DNA from: a virus
Direction: 5' to 3' (one strand)
Virus record (IMG/VR): IMGVR_UViG_3300031673_000012
Coordinates: 21,419 to 85,418 of that record
DNA length: 64,000 nt
A program made the translations under genes and the position numbers. This document shows, one piece after another, positions 19,516 to 30,311 of the stretch (its first letter is position 1; every line of letters begins with the position of its first letter). Under the pieces are notes generated by a model that saw only the letters and a program-made list of their open reading frames with translations, was not told the DNA's origin and made no database searches.

Positions 19516-21386
19516 TTGTTTTCTGGTTTAAAATCCACGATTGATTTTGGGTCACTAGCCAATCTAATTAACCTATCAATAGCCTCATCGGGTTCATATT
19601 TATCAAATAAATCTCGAAGAGTAATAGTTTTATATTGTGATTGTAATATTGGGGATTTTAATTCCACTCCAGGTATAGCTACAAAATCTCTTTCCTCCAT
19701 CCAATAAGTAACACTAATATTGGATCCAAATATATACTGTTCTCTTTTATACTGTTCTTTAATAAGTTCTTTAACCTCTTCAGACATTGCTTCATACTCT
19801 TCTTTTGAAAAATTAGTTATAATAGTCATCATAGCTTCAGGAACAACCTTAATACAATCCAATTCTACTTTATATCCCTGATTAGTGATTATATGTTCAC
19901 ATACTTTTACATAATAATGGCCCTCATGTTGTTTATGTACATTTGTTATCCTAAGAGTTAATTCACTTTTCATCCAAGGATCACCCTCGAGAATAACATT
20001 CCCTTCTTCTTTATCCATAGCTAATTCCCTTTGACGATTATTAGTTACATTAACTGCTTCTTCATAAGTCATCATAGGTAATGTATACCACAAAGCCCTT
20101 AATATTACATCATGTATATATGGATCAAATTGTGGACCTTCACTACTTCTTACAAAAGGATCTGGATTTACTACTCTTGTATTATCTGGAACTGCTAACC
20201 CAGGATACCCATCTTTTAATTTAAAAGGTTTATCAAAATGTCCTGGCCAGAATCTTTGTTCTGGAGTACCAGGATTAAAATAAGCCCCTTCTATTTCTGT
20301 AACCCCAAACTTTCCATAAGGAACATTTCTTAAATTTAAATATTTTTCGATCTCGTATTTTTTCATTTCATCCGAAATCTTCCTATCTTTTAATACTTCT
20401 TTTGGTGTTCTTAATTCATATAAAGCTTTTCTATAATCATCTATAAAAAAGTTTTTACGATCTTGAGGATCCATACCAGCATAAGATATAACTTCTTTAT
20501 CAAAATTTTCAAATTTTGTTTTAGCTGTAAAGTCAATTAATCCTATTTCTTCTGATTTATATTTATATTGTTTATAAACCCCTTTCCCCAAATTTCTATT
20601 ATGAATTAATAATGTATCACCTCGACCTGTTATAAACCAAGGACCTCTAGGACATTTTTTAAATATATCTTGCATTACTATAAAAGTAGATCTATTAGAA
20701 GTTGGTATACTTTGTTTCTCTTCTAAAAATACTCTTACAGGATGATCAACATCAACAAACCAAGTCCCAGCTTGAGTAGGTTTTTGGTTTATTAAAATAC
20801 TTTTTGATCCCTCTGGTGCTTCATCAATAGGGTCAAAAAATATTCCTTCATATGGCGGTCCGTAATCTGGAACATTAACTGGAACTAATCTATCCTCACT
20901 TTGATATTCTTTTCTTCTAACTTGAGCATAAATCCTTTCCCCCCTATCCTTAATTACAATATTATATCTCCCATAAACTTGAGCCCTAATATAATCGATA
21001 AAAGCCCCCTCACCAATATCATCTGACCTAGTAACTTTAAGATATGCTAAATAATCTGTACATATCAATTCTGTATAAATTACTTCCCTACCATATTTAC
21101 TTGTTAAATCCCTAACTACTACTGTTGTAACAGGACTTATAGGATTACCAATATACCCCCAAACACATTGTAATTTTGTTCCACGTTCCACCCTAAATTT
21201 ATTTAAAGCTTTTGGATTTCTCATTTGTAACTTTATCGTACAAATATCTTCATCCTCATCATCATATTTATATCTAAAAGACACAACTGACACATCATCT
21301 TGATCTTCAGTTGTGGCTAATTGATTACCCAACATATCAAAAATAGATACAAAAATAGTTTTTATTGGTCTATCTAGCTCCGCCAT
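19512..21386 (-). CDS. Baseplate hub (gpD/gp27-like)
   Basis: VWGY, LEGDP...GHYYVKVCEHII...GYKVEL; position in the baseplate block. Confidence 0.75.
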   Translation of the reverse strand: MAELDRPIKTIFVSIFDMLGNQLATTEDQDDVSVVSFRYKYDDEDEDICTIKLQMRNPKALNKFRVERGTKLQCVWGYIGNPISPVTTVVVRDLTSKYGREVIYTELICTDYLAYLKVTRSDDIGEGAFIDYIRAQVYGRYNIVIKDRGERIYAQVRRKEYQSEDRLVPVNVPDYGPPYEGIFFDPIDEAPEGSKSILINQKPTQAGTWFVDVDHPVRVFLEEKQSIPTSNRSTFIVMQDIFKKCPRGPWFITGRGDTLLIHNRNLGKGVYKQYKYKSEEIGLIDFTAKTKFENFDKEVISYAGMDPQDRKNFFIDDYRKALYELRTPKEVLKDRKISDEMKKYEIEKYLNLRNVPYGKFGVTEIEGAYFNPGTPEQRFWPGHFDKPFKLKDGYPGLAVPDNTRVVNPDPFVRSSEGPQFDPYIHDVILRALWYTLPMMTYEEAVNVTNNRQRELAMDKEEGNVILEGDPWMKSELTLRITNVHKQHEGHYYVKVCEHIITNQGYKVELDCIKVVPEAMMTIITNFSKEEYEAMSEEVKELIKEQYKREQYIFGSNISVTYWMEERDFVAIPGVELKSPILQSQYKTITLRDLFDKYEPDEAIDRLIRLASDPKSIVDFKPENK

Positions 21387-21669
21387 ATAAAGACTGGATT
21401 AATGGAATACTTGGAATTAGAATAATTTCCCCTACAGGTAAATCAAATATATCTTCTATATTATCATTAACATCAGCTATCATAAACCATAAAGAAGAAT
21501 AACCATAATATTTTCTAGCAATAAAATGAAGTGTATCACTATATGAGATAGTATGATAAATATCTGATACTGATTGTTTATAAAAAATATTATTTCTAAA
21601 TAAGGTCAATTCCCCAGAACCAAAATCCACCAAATATCCCCTATCATATAACCCTTCTGAAATTACCAT
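21370..21669 (-). CDS. LysM/tail X-like baseplate protein
   Basis: HTISYSDTLHFIARKYYG..SLWFMIADVN...LPVGEIILIP. Confidence 0.88.
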   Translation of the reverse strand: MVISEGLYDRGYLVDFGSGELTLFRNNIFYKQSVSDIYHTISYSDTLHFIARKYYGYSSLWFMIADVNDNIEDIFDLPVGEIILIPSIPLIQSLYGGAR

Positions 21670-21678
21670 AGCTTTATA

Positions 21679-22524
21679 TTATTTACTAGTAGGTGAAGCA
21701 TTCCCAACATATTCTATTTCAACTTTAGTTAAATTATTTCTAGTAATTCTTCCTAATGTTATCGTTTGATATGCCTGTATTGGTAACATATATGTAGATT
21801 CTAATTGACCTTGTAAATTAATATTACCCTTATTAAAATTAGACAATCTATAAGGTGCAGATAATACTATAAATTCATGATCAGAGAATAATACATTTTC
21901 TTTTCCCCACATAAGTTTTACTCTATGTGGATCACCTGTATAACCGTCTGCCTTAGTAAGAGATTCTATTCTTCTACAATTTTCAATAACTTGTCTCCTC
22001 CCCCAATCAAAAGCATACCAATCTATTTCGAATTCCAGTTTATCTTGACTCCCAGTATAATGATATATAGGATTATTTCTACCCATAGGTTGGATAGTAG
22101 CAAAAGCAGACTCACAATTATATTCTAATTCCTTAGGAATAAAAGGTAACCTAATAACTTCATATTGATTATCTTTTCCTTTAGCATCCAAATCAATAAT
22201 AGATATATAATCCCTTAATTCTAAACCCTTATTAGGAACAAATTTACTATGACCAGAAACATCTGGTGAATTTTCACCTAATACTGGGATTTTTCTTTTT
22301 TCCTCGAGTTCTTTAGAATATGGGGTAATTATACTATGATCCCTAGTATCTGGAGAAAAAGTTCCAAATATTTTTATATCTGGATCTTCACCTACATTTT
22401 TAACCCTACGAAAAAATACTATAGCTCTACGAGCATCCATACTCCATTGTATTACCTGACTAACTGGTTTAGGAGGAATAAAAGTATGGTAATTTGTAAA
22501 TAAAGGATTAGTAATTATAGCCAT
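21679..22524 (-). CDS. Tail tube initiator-like protein
   Basis: FIPKELEY...GRNNPIYHYTGS; lies between tape measure and LysM gene. Confidence 0.7.
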   Translation of the reverse strand: MAIITNPLFTNYHTFIPPKPVSQVIQWSMDARRAIVFFRRVKNVGEDPDIKIFGTFSPDTRDHSIITPYSKELEEKRKIPVLGENSPDVSGHSKFVPNKGLELRDYISIIDLDAKGKDNQYEVIRLPFIPKELEYNCESAFATIQPMGRNNPIYHYTGSQDKLEFEIDWYAFDWGRRQVIENCRRIESLTKADGYTGDPHRVKLMWGKENVLFSDHEFIVLSAPYRLSNFNKGNINLQGQLESTYMLPIQAYQTITLGRITRNNLTKVEIEYVGNASPTSK

Positions 22525-24605
22525 TATTGTAATCTACTTAATGAATCCATCATATTACGTTCAATCATTTTCTGAACAGTAAGTTCATTATCAATATAAA
22601 TATTTATTGGTTGAGTCTGTTTAATTGTTAACATTTTTTCCAATTGATTAGCTAACTGGGATAAAACTTCTGTACTAACCCCCCTATTAGTTTCACCAAC
22701 CCTTGTTTGTCCCACCATAGTTACCGGAGGAGCATTCAAATCTTGGAATTGAATCATGTGACCAATCTGTGAATATTTTGTTTCTGACCTTATCTGGGCT
22801 CTATTAGCTTCTTCTAATTTTTTTGTGTTTTGGTTAGTGGCTTCTTTATTACTTCTAATGGCATTTGTTAAAGCCCCAATTAATCCAGGTAATACAAATG
22901 CTAAAGTCATACCTAAAGGTCCACCCAAGACTCCTAAAAATTTTCCTAATACCCCCCCAACCATAGCTCGAGTTCCAGTTCCAGTAGCCATTTTAGATAA
23001 CCCAAACATAGTAGCACTTGCTCCAGCTCCTCTAGCATATCCAGCCCCTCTAGCTGCTTGAGCTGCAGCACTTGCTCCTTTATAAGCTTTATACCCACCA
23101 CCAGGAGCCCTAACATAATATCCTCCAGTTCCCCTAAATAATCTTTGATTAAACCCAAACATACCCCCAGCTCCTGCTACTGAAGCCACCCCAGCTCCTC
23201 TAGCCGCAACTGTATATCTCATAGCTGCAGCCGTCATAGAATTATATGCAGTATTTGCAGCTGCAGCCATTGTAGTTGCAGAAGTCCCAGTTTGTAAGTG
23301 CATTACTCTTAACCCCAAAACTACTGCTCGATATGCAAATGTTGCCGTTTTTAAAACCAAAAATCCTGTTATCCCTGCAGCTAAAAATCCCCCTAAAAGT
23401 TTACTATCAAAAATCTTTTCTAATATCGCAAAAGTTTTTGTTAACATTTTTAATAATACCGTAAATACAGGAGTCATTTTTTCAGTAAATGAAACCCACA
23501 TAGCTTGCCATGCAGACCCAGTTTTATATATCCATCCTTGAAGTGTACTCATCATATCTCCCATAATCCTAGCAGAATGGCCAGCAGACTTAGTAGTGAT
23601 CTCCCCAGAAAATCTTTCAAATTCTTGTAAATTTCTTAAAAATAAAGAACCTGCCCTTTTTCCCCTAACTCCAAATACTGATTGTAAAATTGCTTGTTTT
23701 TCAACATTCATCCCTTCTCCAAAATGTTCATCTATAGCTACACCCATTTTCTTCATGACTTCAGTCATGGTTAATAAATTCCCAGTTTGATCTGTAACAT
23801 CTGTTACATTCATTCCTAATTCTGCAAGAGCTTTTCTACTAGGTCCAGAAGCAAATGAAGAAAATGCTCTAGCCAAATATCTCATAGAGTTTTCCATAGC
23901 AACCCCTGCCATAGAACCTTGCATCCCTGCATTACCTAATGCCATTACCATAGCAGTAGATTCAGCAAGTGTAATATTAAGGTCCATCGCAGTAGCACCC
24001 CCATATTTAAGAGCCTCCCCTAAGTCAAATAAATTAGTATTAGCTCGAGTTACTGCATAAGATAATAAGTCAGCAACATCATTAGTATATTGAAACCCGA
24101 TTCTAAACTGCTTCATAACATTAGTCATGATATCAGCAGCTCCACCTTTTCCTCCTAATAATGATTTAGTAGCACCAGCAAGATTAACAGCACCTTCAAT
24201 ATTCTTTTCAGTTTCCGTAGCTGACATCCCAGCCATTGCCATAAATCTCATACCCTCAGCAATATCCTGAGGATAAAACATTGTCTCTCTACCTAACCTT
24301 TTAGATATATTTGTTAATCTTTTTTGTTCTTCTGAAGTAGCATCAGTGATTGATTTAACAAACTCCATTTCATAACTAAATTCGGCAGCTTTTTTAACCA
24401 TCCTACCCATACCACGTAAAGCCATGGCTCCTGCAAAAGCTAACCCAGCATACATATTACGTTGTTGCTTAAGCTGAGCTTCTTGCATTCTTATAAACTC
24501 CTGTTCTGTTTGAACAGCAGAAGTCCTAATTCTAGCCGCAGGACCTGAAAATTGATCTCTAAGGAACATGGTTACACCAATTCCCAGAGTACTTCCACCC
24601 ATCAT
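22524..24605 (-). CDS. Tape measure protein (TP901 type)
   Basis: Ala/Gly-rich; DLGEALKY, LGNAGMQGSMAG. Confidence 0.92.
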   Translation of the reverse strand: MMGGSTLGIGVTMFLRDQFSGPAARIRTSAVQTEQEFIRMQEAQLKQQRNMYAGLAFAGAMALRGMGRMVKKAAEFSYEMEFVKSITDATSEEQKRLTNISKRLGRETMFYPQDIAEGMRFMAMAGMSATETEKNIEGAVNLAGATKSLLGGKGGAADIMTNVMKQFRIGFQYTNDVADLLSYAVTRANTNLFDLGEALKYGGATAMDLNITLAESTAMVMALGNAGMQGSMAGVAMENSMRYLARAFSSFASGPSRKALAELGMNVTDVTDQTGNLLTMTEVMKKMGVAIDEHFGEGMNVEKQAILQSVFGVRGKRAGSLFLRNLQEFERFSGEITTKSAGHSARIMGDMMSTLQGWIYKTGSAWQAMWVSFTEKMTPVFTVLLKMLTKTFAILEKIFDSKLLGGFLAAGITGFLVLKTATFAYRAVVLGLRVMHLQTGTSATTMAAAANTAYNSMTAAAMRYTVAARGAGVASVAGAGGMFGFNQRLFRGTGGYYVRAPGGGYKAYKGASAAAQAARGAGYARGAGASATMFGLSKMATGTGTRAMVGGVLGKFLGVLGGPLGMTLAFVLPGLIGALTNAIRSNKEATNQNTKKLEEANRAQIRSETKYSQIGHMIQFQDLNAPPVTMVGQTRVGETNRGVSTEVLSQLANQLEKMLTIKQTQPINIYIDNELTVQKMIERNMMDSLSRLQ

Positions 24606-24607
24606 AG

Positions 24608-24769
24608 TTATTTAAGTTTATTTAGTTCTTCATCAAATTCTTTGGATAATTCAACAAATCTTTTTCTTCGCTTAACATTTAATTTTATAAACTCAGAAAA
24701 AGGGATATGAATATGGTGTTGAGAAACATAGAAGTATTCCCCTTCTATATCCCCCGTGGATAAAAAAAA
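24608..24769 (-). CDS. -1 frameshift extension of the tail assembly chaperone (gpGT-like)
   Basis: U8 run (plus-strand A 24762-24769). The -1 frame reads LSTGDIEGEYFYVSQHHIHIPFSEFIKLNVKRRKRFVELSKEFDEELNKLK to a stop at 24608. Confidence 0.8.
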   Translation of the reverse strand, partial: FFLSTGDIEGEYFYVSQHHIHIPFSEFIKLNVKRRKRFVELSKEFDEELNKLK

Positions 24770-25539
24770 TCCGCGGTACCAATTATAGGATATTCAAATT
24801 TTTCTTTAGTTTCAGGATGTTCTAGTATAGTTATTAGATTAATTATTCGATCATTTTCAGTAACATCTTTTCTAATCTCCATCATATCAATTGAAGAAAA
24901 TGTTTTAAAATTCTGAATTTTAACCCAATTATTATTAACATTTAATTCGATTCCCCTAGCTTTAAGTTCAGCATTTATACTTTGTTGATCCATTGGTAAA
25001 TTCATCAAATATCTTTCTCCATGACCATTCATAAAATAATAACGTATCAATTTACCAGAACTTAATTTTATTTCTTTAGATTTATCTTTTCCAAATTTAT
25101 GGGGTTTAATACGAAATTCATAATAATCTGGACTACCTTTTTCCGGAAATGGTTTATCTGGATTACCATATTCCCAAATAAGTAATCCAAGATCCTCTTC
25201 ATAATCAACTTCCAAATTATCAGGCCATTTATATGAAAATTTAATATATTGCCCTATAGAAAATATCCTACTGGCAACCATAATAAAATATTTATCACAT
25301 AACTTTAAATCTCTTGCATCATCCAGATTAAATTTTTTATTTTCTGTTATATTAGTAGATACTACAATCTCTTTAACAAATTTATTTGAAGATGTCCCAT
25401 CAGCTACATTTCCCGCATTAGAAAGTATATCATCATCTTCCCCATTTTGTTGTCTAATAACAACTTCATAACCAGAAGGAGTAATAAGAGATAATAAGCT
25501 CCCATGAATTTCTTCAAGTTTACTTAAGTCTGATTTCAT
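24745..25539 (-). CDS. Tail assembly chaperone
   Basis: Between tube and tape measure; ends DFFYP at the slippery site. Confidence 0.75.
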   Translation of the reverse strand: MKSDLSKLEEIHGSLLSLITPSGYEVVIRQQNGEDDDILSNAGNVADGTSSNKFVKEIVVSTNITENKKFNLDDARDLKLCDKYFIMVASRIFSIGQYIKFSYKWPDNLEVDYEEDLGLLIWEYGNPDKPFPEKGSPDYYEFRIKPHKFGKDKSKEIKLSSGKLIRYYFMNGHGERYLMNLPMDQQSINAELKARGIELNVNNNWVKIQNFKTFSSIDMMEIRKDVTENDRIINLITILEHPETKEKFEYPIIGTADFFYPRGI

Positions 25540-25580
25540 AATTTTATTTTTAATAGTATTTCCCGAATCTAGTAAACTAT

Positions 25581-25615
25581 AAAAAAGGGTACAACCTATT
25601 AGTTTGTACCCCCTT
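25581..25615 (-). terminator. Intrinsic terminator after the tail tube gene
   Basis: GGGTACAA/TTGTACCC stem followed by T6 on the minus strand. Confidence 0.75.
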
Positions 25616-25645
25616 TATTAACTATGGACCAAAAATCGAGAGAAG

Positions 25646-26107
25646 CTATATCTTTGTTAATTTATCAATCGAAAATTCAACATGTTCAATTGTATTATCA
25701 GATGATTGACGATCCTGTTCTTGACCAGATACTGAAGCAGGCCATACCCCCAATGCAATCCATGTATTAAGAACAGTAACACCATCCTCAGCAAATTCCA
25801 CAACGGTTATAACCTTTTTATAAACATCTGGAGGAGCTCCTCCACCGAGCATTGAACTTTGACAAGTATCATGCCATGACCATATATAAGCATCACCCTG
25901 GCTCGAAGATAAAAGTTTATCACAGGCAATCTCACCATAAGTAACCCTTCCCGCTGTTTTAATATCATGATTGGTATCCCCATGAGCTACCTTCTCAATA
26001 TCTGAATCTGGTAATGTTACCTTTTGAAATAAAAAAGGATTAATGGGGTCTGGGCTAATCTGAATAGACCAGTTAAATTTTTTTCTTGGATTAGCAAATT
26101 TTGCCAT
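25646..26107 (-). CDS. Tail tube protein (T4 gp19-like)
   Basis: NPRKKFNW, KTAGRVTYGEI, W..WP, NTIEHVEF. Confidence 0.9.
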   Translation of the reverse strand: MAKFANPRKKFNWSIQISPDPINPFLFQKVTLPDSDIEKVAHGDTNHDIKTAGRVTYGEIACDKLLSSSQGDAYIWSWHDTCQSSMLGGGAPPDVYKKVITVVEFAEDGVTVLNTWIALGVWPASVSGQEQDRQSSDNTIEHVEFSIDKLTKI

Positions 26108-26128
26108 GTTATTAAATTTAATATGTTA

Positions 26129-27655
26129 TTAATCGATATATACACCTTCACCCTGAACAAGCATCAGATTAAATATTAATTCCTGAAGAGATGGGATTGG
26201 CCATATTTTCAAGTTAATTTTATATTTCCCATTCTGAACATCAACAGGATCATTAACTTGAAGATCATCTATAGTATTTGCAAACTGGTCTCCATAATAT
26301 TCGTATTTATAGATTGCCCTATAAGCCGGAGAAGATAATTTATCCAGATAAGGTTTTAGATGATAATAGATTTTATTAAAAGTAATGGGATCTGTCGGTT
26401 CTTCCAAATAGGATTCCAGAATTGGTTTTAAAGTTTTTTTCATCCAGAGAACCAACATAACTACACTTAAAAATTTCTCTTGATTATTTGCAAACTGAGC
26501 TGAAAAATTACCAGAAAGTTGAACTATCCCATTTTTCTGAACCATCATATTAATTTGAGAATTTGCTAATAAATTAAGATCAGCAAAAGAAGCAGGAGTA
26601 CCAAAATTATTCACAACCCCAATAGCATCCTGAACAGCCCCTTTAGTTTGACCGGCAAGAGAATACCATTCACCAAAATTATTATGAACATAAGCAGCTA
26701 TTCCAAGAATATCCCCCATTTCTGACATAGCTTTTTCCTGAAGAGTTTTTTCTTCTCTAATCCTAATTCCCCCACCATAGATAGCTCCATATTTAGAATC
26801 ACTAGCAATAACTACTCTTTCTGCTACTAAGGTAGTTGCAGTAACAAGAGAATTTGGTAAATGAGCAAAGAATACCAGATCTTTTCTAGCAGTAGCATAA
26901 GTAATTCCCGCAGCATTCACACCATCATCATCCTGTTCAGGAGCAGCTAAAATAAGACCATCATCAACCCCATCAAATGTAACCATAGCATTTGTATAAT
27001 CCCCAGCTACATGCCCAGTAGGATCAACTCCACCCGTAAATGCAGAAGCAGCAGCTACAGCTGGAATAAGTAATACAGCAGCAGAAGCATCAGCATAAGT
27101 AAAATCAAAATTTTGAGACATTGCCTTAACCTCATCCAAACAGGTCTGATTATTCGCAGTAGATGCAATAAAAGAACCAATATTTACATATACCTCATTA
27201 AGTTCAGGTTCAACATCATGGATAATTTCCATATTCCAATAATCAGATGACCCATTAGAAGCAGCTTTAATTTCAATCTTAAAGCTATTATAATTAACTC
27301 CTTTGTATTTTGGTTGAACAGAGAAAAGAGTAACTGGAGTACCATCACCGTTTGCTATATTCTTTGAAGAAGCTTTAACAGCTGGAGTTGCAGCTGCATC
27401 TACTCTACATACTCTCAATCTAGCACCCCGTACTAATGACCTTTTACAAAGATATGGAAAATCAGAAGTTTCCATGAAACCACCAAAAACTCTCTCAAAT
27501 TGAGGCCAACTATTTATTAGTGAAACGTTCAAAACTGGTTGTTCTACAGGACCCCTCTTAGTTATCCCTAATACGTAAAAAATACCCGGAGCAGGTGTAG
27601 ATACACCAGGTGTAAAATTCTTCACGTTAAATTGAACTTTAGCTGCGTCTGGCAT
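26129..27655 (-). CDS. Contractile tail sheath protein
   Basis: GITKRGPVEQP...SWPQFERVFGG; C-terminal sheath domain; precedes the tube gene. Confidence 0.92.
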   Translation of the reverse strand: MPDAAKVQFNVKNFTPGVSTPAPGIFYVLGITKRGPVEQPVLNVSLINSWPQFERVFGGFMETSDFPYLCKRSLVRGARLRVCRVDAAATPAVKASSKNIANGDGTPVTLFSVQPKYKGVNYNSFKIEIKAASNGSSDYWNMEIIHDVEPELNEVYVNIGSFIASTANNQTCLDEVKAMSQNFDFTYADASAAVLLIPAVAAASAFTGGVDPTGHVAGDYTNAMVTFDGVDDGLILAAPEQDDDGVNAAGITYATARKDLVFFAHLPNSLVTATTLVAERVVIASDSKYGAIYGGGIRIREEKTLQEKAMSEMGDILGIAAYVHNNFGEWYSLAGQTKGAVQDAIGVVNNFGTPASFADLNLLANSQINMMVQKNGIVQLSGNFSAQFANNQEKFLSVVMLVLWMKKTLKPILESYLEEPTDPITFNKIYYHLKPYLDKLSSPAYRAIYKYEYYGDQFANTIDDLQVNDPVDVQNGKYKINLKIWPIPSLQELIFNLMLVQGEGVYID

Positions 27656-27716
27656 AATTATTAAATTTTATGATTTTAAATCTTTTTATTTAATATATAA
27701 AACTATGGTATTGTAC

Positions 27717-28433
27717 TCAAGTAATAACCATGGGGTCAGAATCATAACCCCAACTTCCATCCATATATTTCTGTAAATTAATATTTAATGTTATTTCACT
27801 TATCTTAGCAATAGTACCAGCCAATTCTATATCCTCTCTATCCCAAGCATCCGGTATTTCATAAGCATAAACATGTTCAATTATACCTTGTTGTATATCG
27901 CTTTGATCAAAATAGTTTAAATATCTTATAAAAAATAAATTAGACAAACTATTATACCATGGTAAATAACCTCTTCTTGGAATAGCCAAAGCTAATAAAG
28001 AATTTAATATTCTAGACTGAGCTATAGTATTTGATATAAGATGAAAATTAATATAAAAATCTACAGTTTGAGGGGGAGTGACCAAGGCTTTATATGGTTC
28101 CCCAATACCTTGATCCAAGAAGTACTTACGAGGGTCTCCCCCTAAAGCCCCGGATAAAAAATTACCAGAATCCATAACAATTCTTGGTATCTTTTCTATA
28201 CCCCTAGACTCACTGCTACCCCCGCTAAAAATTTCTATAGCAAACCCCTTAGCTCCATCTGCTATTGTTTTAATATCTGCCTTCCATTTATCCCAACCTA
28301 TTTGTGTATTTGGATAAGTAACATTATCAGCAATATCTGGTAAATATAATTTATCAACCAATTCTACACGAATAGCCTCAAATAAACTTCTTTCAATTAT
28401 TTCTTGAACGGTTGCTAAAGCTGTATCAGACAT
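27717..28433 (-). CDS. Putative tail terminator/completion protein
   Basis: Position upstream of the sheath; IPRIV motif. Confidence 0.55.
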   Translation of the reverse strand: MSDTALATVQEIIERSLFEAIRVELVDKLYLPDIADNVTYPNTQIGWDKWKADIKTIADGAKGFAIEIFSGGSSESRGIEKIPRIVMDSGNFLSGALGGDPRKYFLDQGIGEPYKALVTPPQTVDFYINFHLISNTIAQSRILNSLLALAIPRRGYLPWYNSLSNLFFIRYLNYFDQSDIQQGIIEHVYAYEIPDAWDREDIELAGTIAKISEITLNINLQKYMDGSWGYDSDPMVIT

Positions 28434-29011
28434 TATATAATAGGAGTTATATTAATCCCTTTTCTTTTTAAATTCCTAATTAAATGAAATTGCAAAAAAC
28501 TTTTTAAACCAGCCATCCCTTTCATATCACGTTTAAAAGTATCAGCAAAAATTGGCCTAGCTGGTATCCCCATACTCCAAGCTCCATGTTCAAGTATATT
28601 TGCATATTCACTAATAGTTAAAAGTTCACCCTCATGGGAATGATAAGGTACTCTCATTAACCCTCTAGGTATTCCAATTCCAAGTCTCCCACCCGGTAAA
28701 CCCATTATCCCAACTGCATTGTGCATAGCTCCACTCCAATAAAATAATCGAGCAGGACCACCGTACCTGGTTTTATATTGTTTATATTTAACTGAATGTC
28801 CAGGGTACCCAAATCTTTTACCACCAGTTCTTATATTTGTTTTTACACGATCTCGATATTCTTCAGCAAATTTTCTTTGAGCTGATTTAGCTGCCAACAT
28901 TAAATTAAGATCAATAGAACCCACCATCTGATTAAATCTTAACCAGTCTCCCTCCAATCTAATCCCTACATCAAATGCCCCTCTGGTTCTTACACCATGT
29001 CGTACAGCCAT
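28433..29011 (-). CDS. Neck / virion morphogenesis protein
   Basis: YANILEHG...IPARPIF. Confidence 0.7.
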   Translation of the reverse strand: MAVRHGVRTRGAFDVGIRLEGDWLRFNQMVGSIDLNLMLAAKSAQRKFAEEYRDRVKTNIRTGGKRFGYPGHSVKYKQYKTRYGGPARLFYWSGAMHNAVGIMGLPGGRLGIGIPRGLMRVPYHSHEGELLTISEYANILEHGAWSMGIPARPIFADTFKRDMKGMAGLKSFLQFHLIRNLKRKGINITPII

Positions 29012-29023
29012 AATAATTATAAA

Positions 29024-29482
29024 TTAATATTTAGCATCCCCAGTTTTAGTTTCTTCTCTTTTAAGAATTATATAAAATAATAATGATTCATCACCTGCCT
29101 GAGCTACTGGAGTTTCTCCTGCTGAACGGTATTTGATACCCATGTGAAAAAATTCATCTTGACCAGGGTCTAGAGCAAAAAATCCATCGGCATTCAAATA
29201 ACCATTATCAGCAAGATATTTTTTATTTAATATTATTACTGTGTTTTCCTTATCAATAGCTCCACCTATATTTTCATCTGTCATTGGCCGAGTAAAGAAA
29301 AAGTTATAAGCCATTAAACATTTTAATGGGATATCAACATAAACTTCATTAGATTGTATATCTTCCCCATACCTTTGAAAACCACGGGTATACCTACGCC
29401 ATGTAACAGTAGCCTGATTAAAAGAGTCATGAACACCATTAATGATATCTTTATATTGTTGCCATTGAGCTGTAGTTAACAT
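29024..29482 (-). CDS. Putative head-closure protein
   Basis: Size and position in the neck block. Confidence 0.5.
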   Translation of the reverse strand: MLTTAQWQQYKDIINGVHDSFNQATVTWRRYTRGFQRYGEDIQSNEVYVDIPLKCLMAYNFFFTRPMTDENIGGAIDKENTVIILNKKYLADNGYLNADGFFALDPGQDEFFHMGIKYRSAGETPVAQAGDESLLFYIILKREETKTGDAKY

Positions 29483-29898
29483 TAACTGTTACCCTTTCTT
29501 AAGATTAAACTTAATCCCACACATAATGCAAGAAATTGAAACATAGCCAGAAATTGAACGTGATCAATTCCCGACCAGTTAAAAAACCACTGCCATACCT
29601 GATCATATAATTTTGTTTTGCCAATATAAAATAGATCGAGTCTGGCACATTTATTTAATATCAAATTAAATAACGCAAATCGTAAAAGCACGTAACCAAT
29701 AATAACCCTTACAAAAATAGGTTTATATTCATACATTCTCAATCCAGTTTTCCAAGCAAATAAACCCAGAGTGGTACCCGACAGATAAATAAAATAAAAT
29801 ACTCCTGCAAGTGTCTTATGCCCCGCTAGCGCAAGTCCATCAGGGACAGCCTTAAAAACTATCAAAAAAAGAGCAAGAATAAAAATCTGCCAATTCAT
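29482..29898 (-). CDS. Integral membrane protein
   Basis: About four hydrophobic segments; start and stop codons overlap both neighbours. Confidence 0.65.
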   Translation of the reverse strand: MNWQIFILALFLIVFKAVPDGLALAGHKTLAGVFYFIYLSGTTLGLFAWKTGLRMYEYKPIFVRVIIGYVLLRFALFNLILNKCARLDLFYIGKTKLYDQVWQWFFNWSGIDHVQFLAMFQFLALCVGLSLILRKGNS

Positions 29899-30299
29899 TA
29901 TCTTTTTTTAATAATTAAAAACTTATATTTTTCAATTACACTTGGATCAATAACTCCAAGTGTATCAAAAGCAACTAATATAATGGTATTCATTGAATAA
30001 CTAAACATCACATACGCTGCATAACCTTCTGTATCTGCAAAAATAAATGGTAAAGGATACCATGCCTCATCTATAAAAAAAAATCCTAAAACAGTTCCAT
30101 TATTAACAACATCTTCATCTATCGCTGTATTTACAAGAGCATAAACATTAGCTACCCTCCCCATAAATTCACCTTCAATCCATGAAATAGAAGTTGCTAA
30201 TAAAATAAAAGTTGTAATTCCAGGTATACCGAGAACCGTCTTGAGTGCGGAATTTGTAGCACCATCCAATTCAGATGGTTTCTTTCCAATTAAAGTCAT
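29898..30299 (-). CDS. Hypothetical structural-region protein
   Basis: N-terminal KKPSELDGAT resembles the KISEL-type start of phage fibre proteins. Confidence 0.55.
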   Translation of the reverse strand: MTLIGKKPSELDGATNSALKTVLGIPGITTFILLATSISWIEGEFMGRVANVYALVNTAIDEDVVNNGTVLGFFFIDEAWYPLPFIFADTEGYAAYVMFSYSMNTIILVAFDTLGVIDPSVIEKYKFLIIKKR

Positions 30300-30311
30300 A
30301 ATATTAATTTA

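Noticed and set aside
11368-27655. Extracellular contractile injection system or tailocin
   Set aside because: Capsid, portal, protease, TerL and replication genes are linked, so this is a complete phage.
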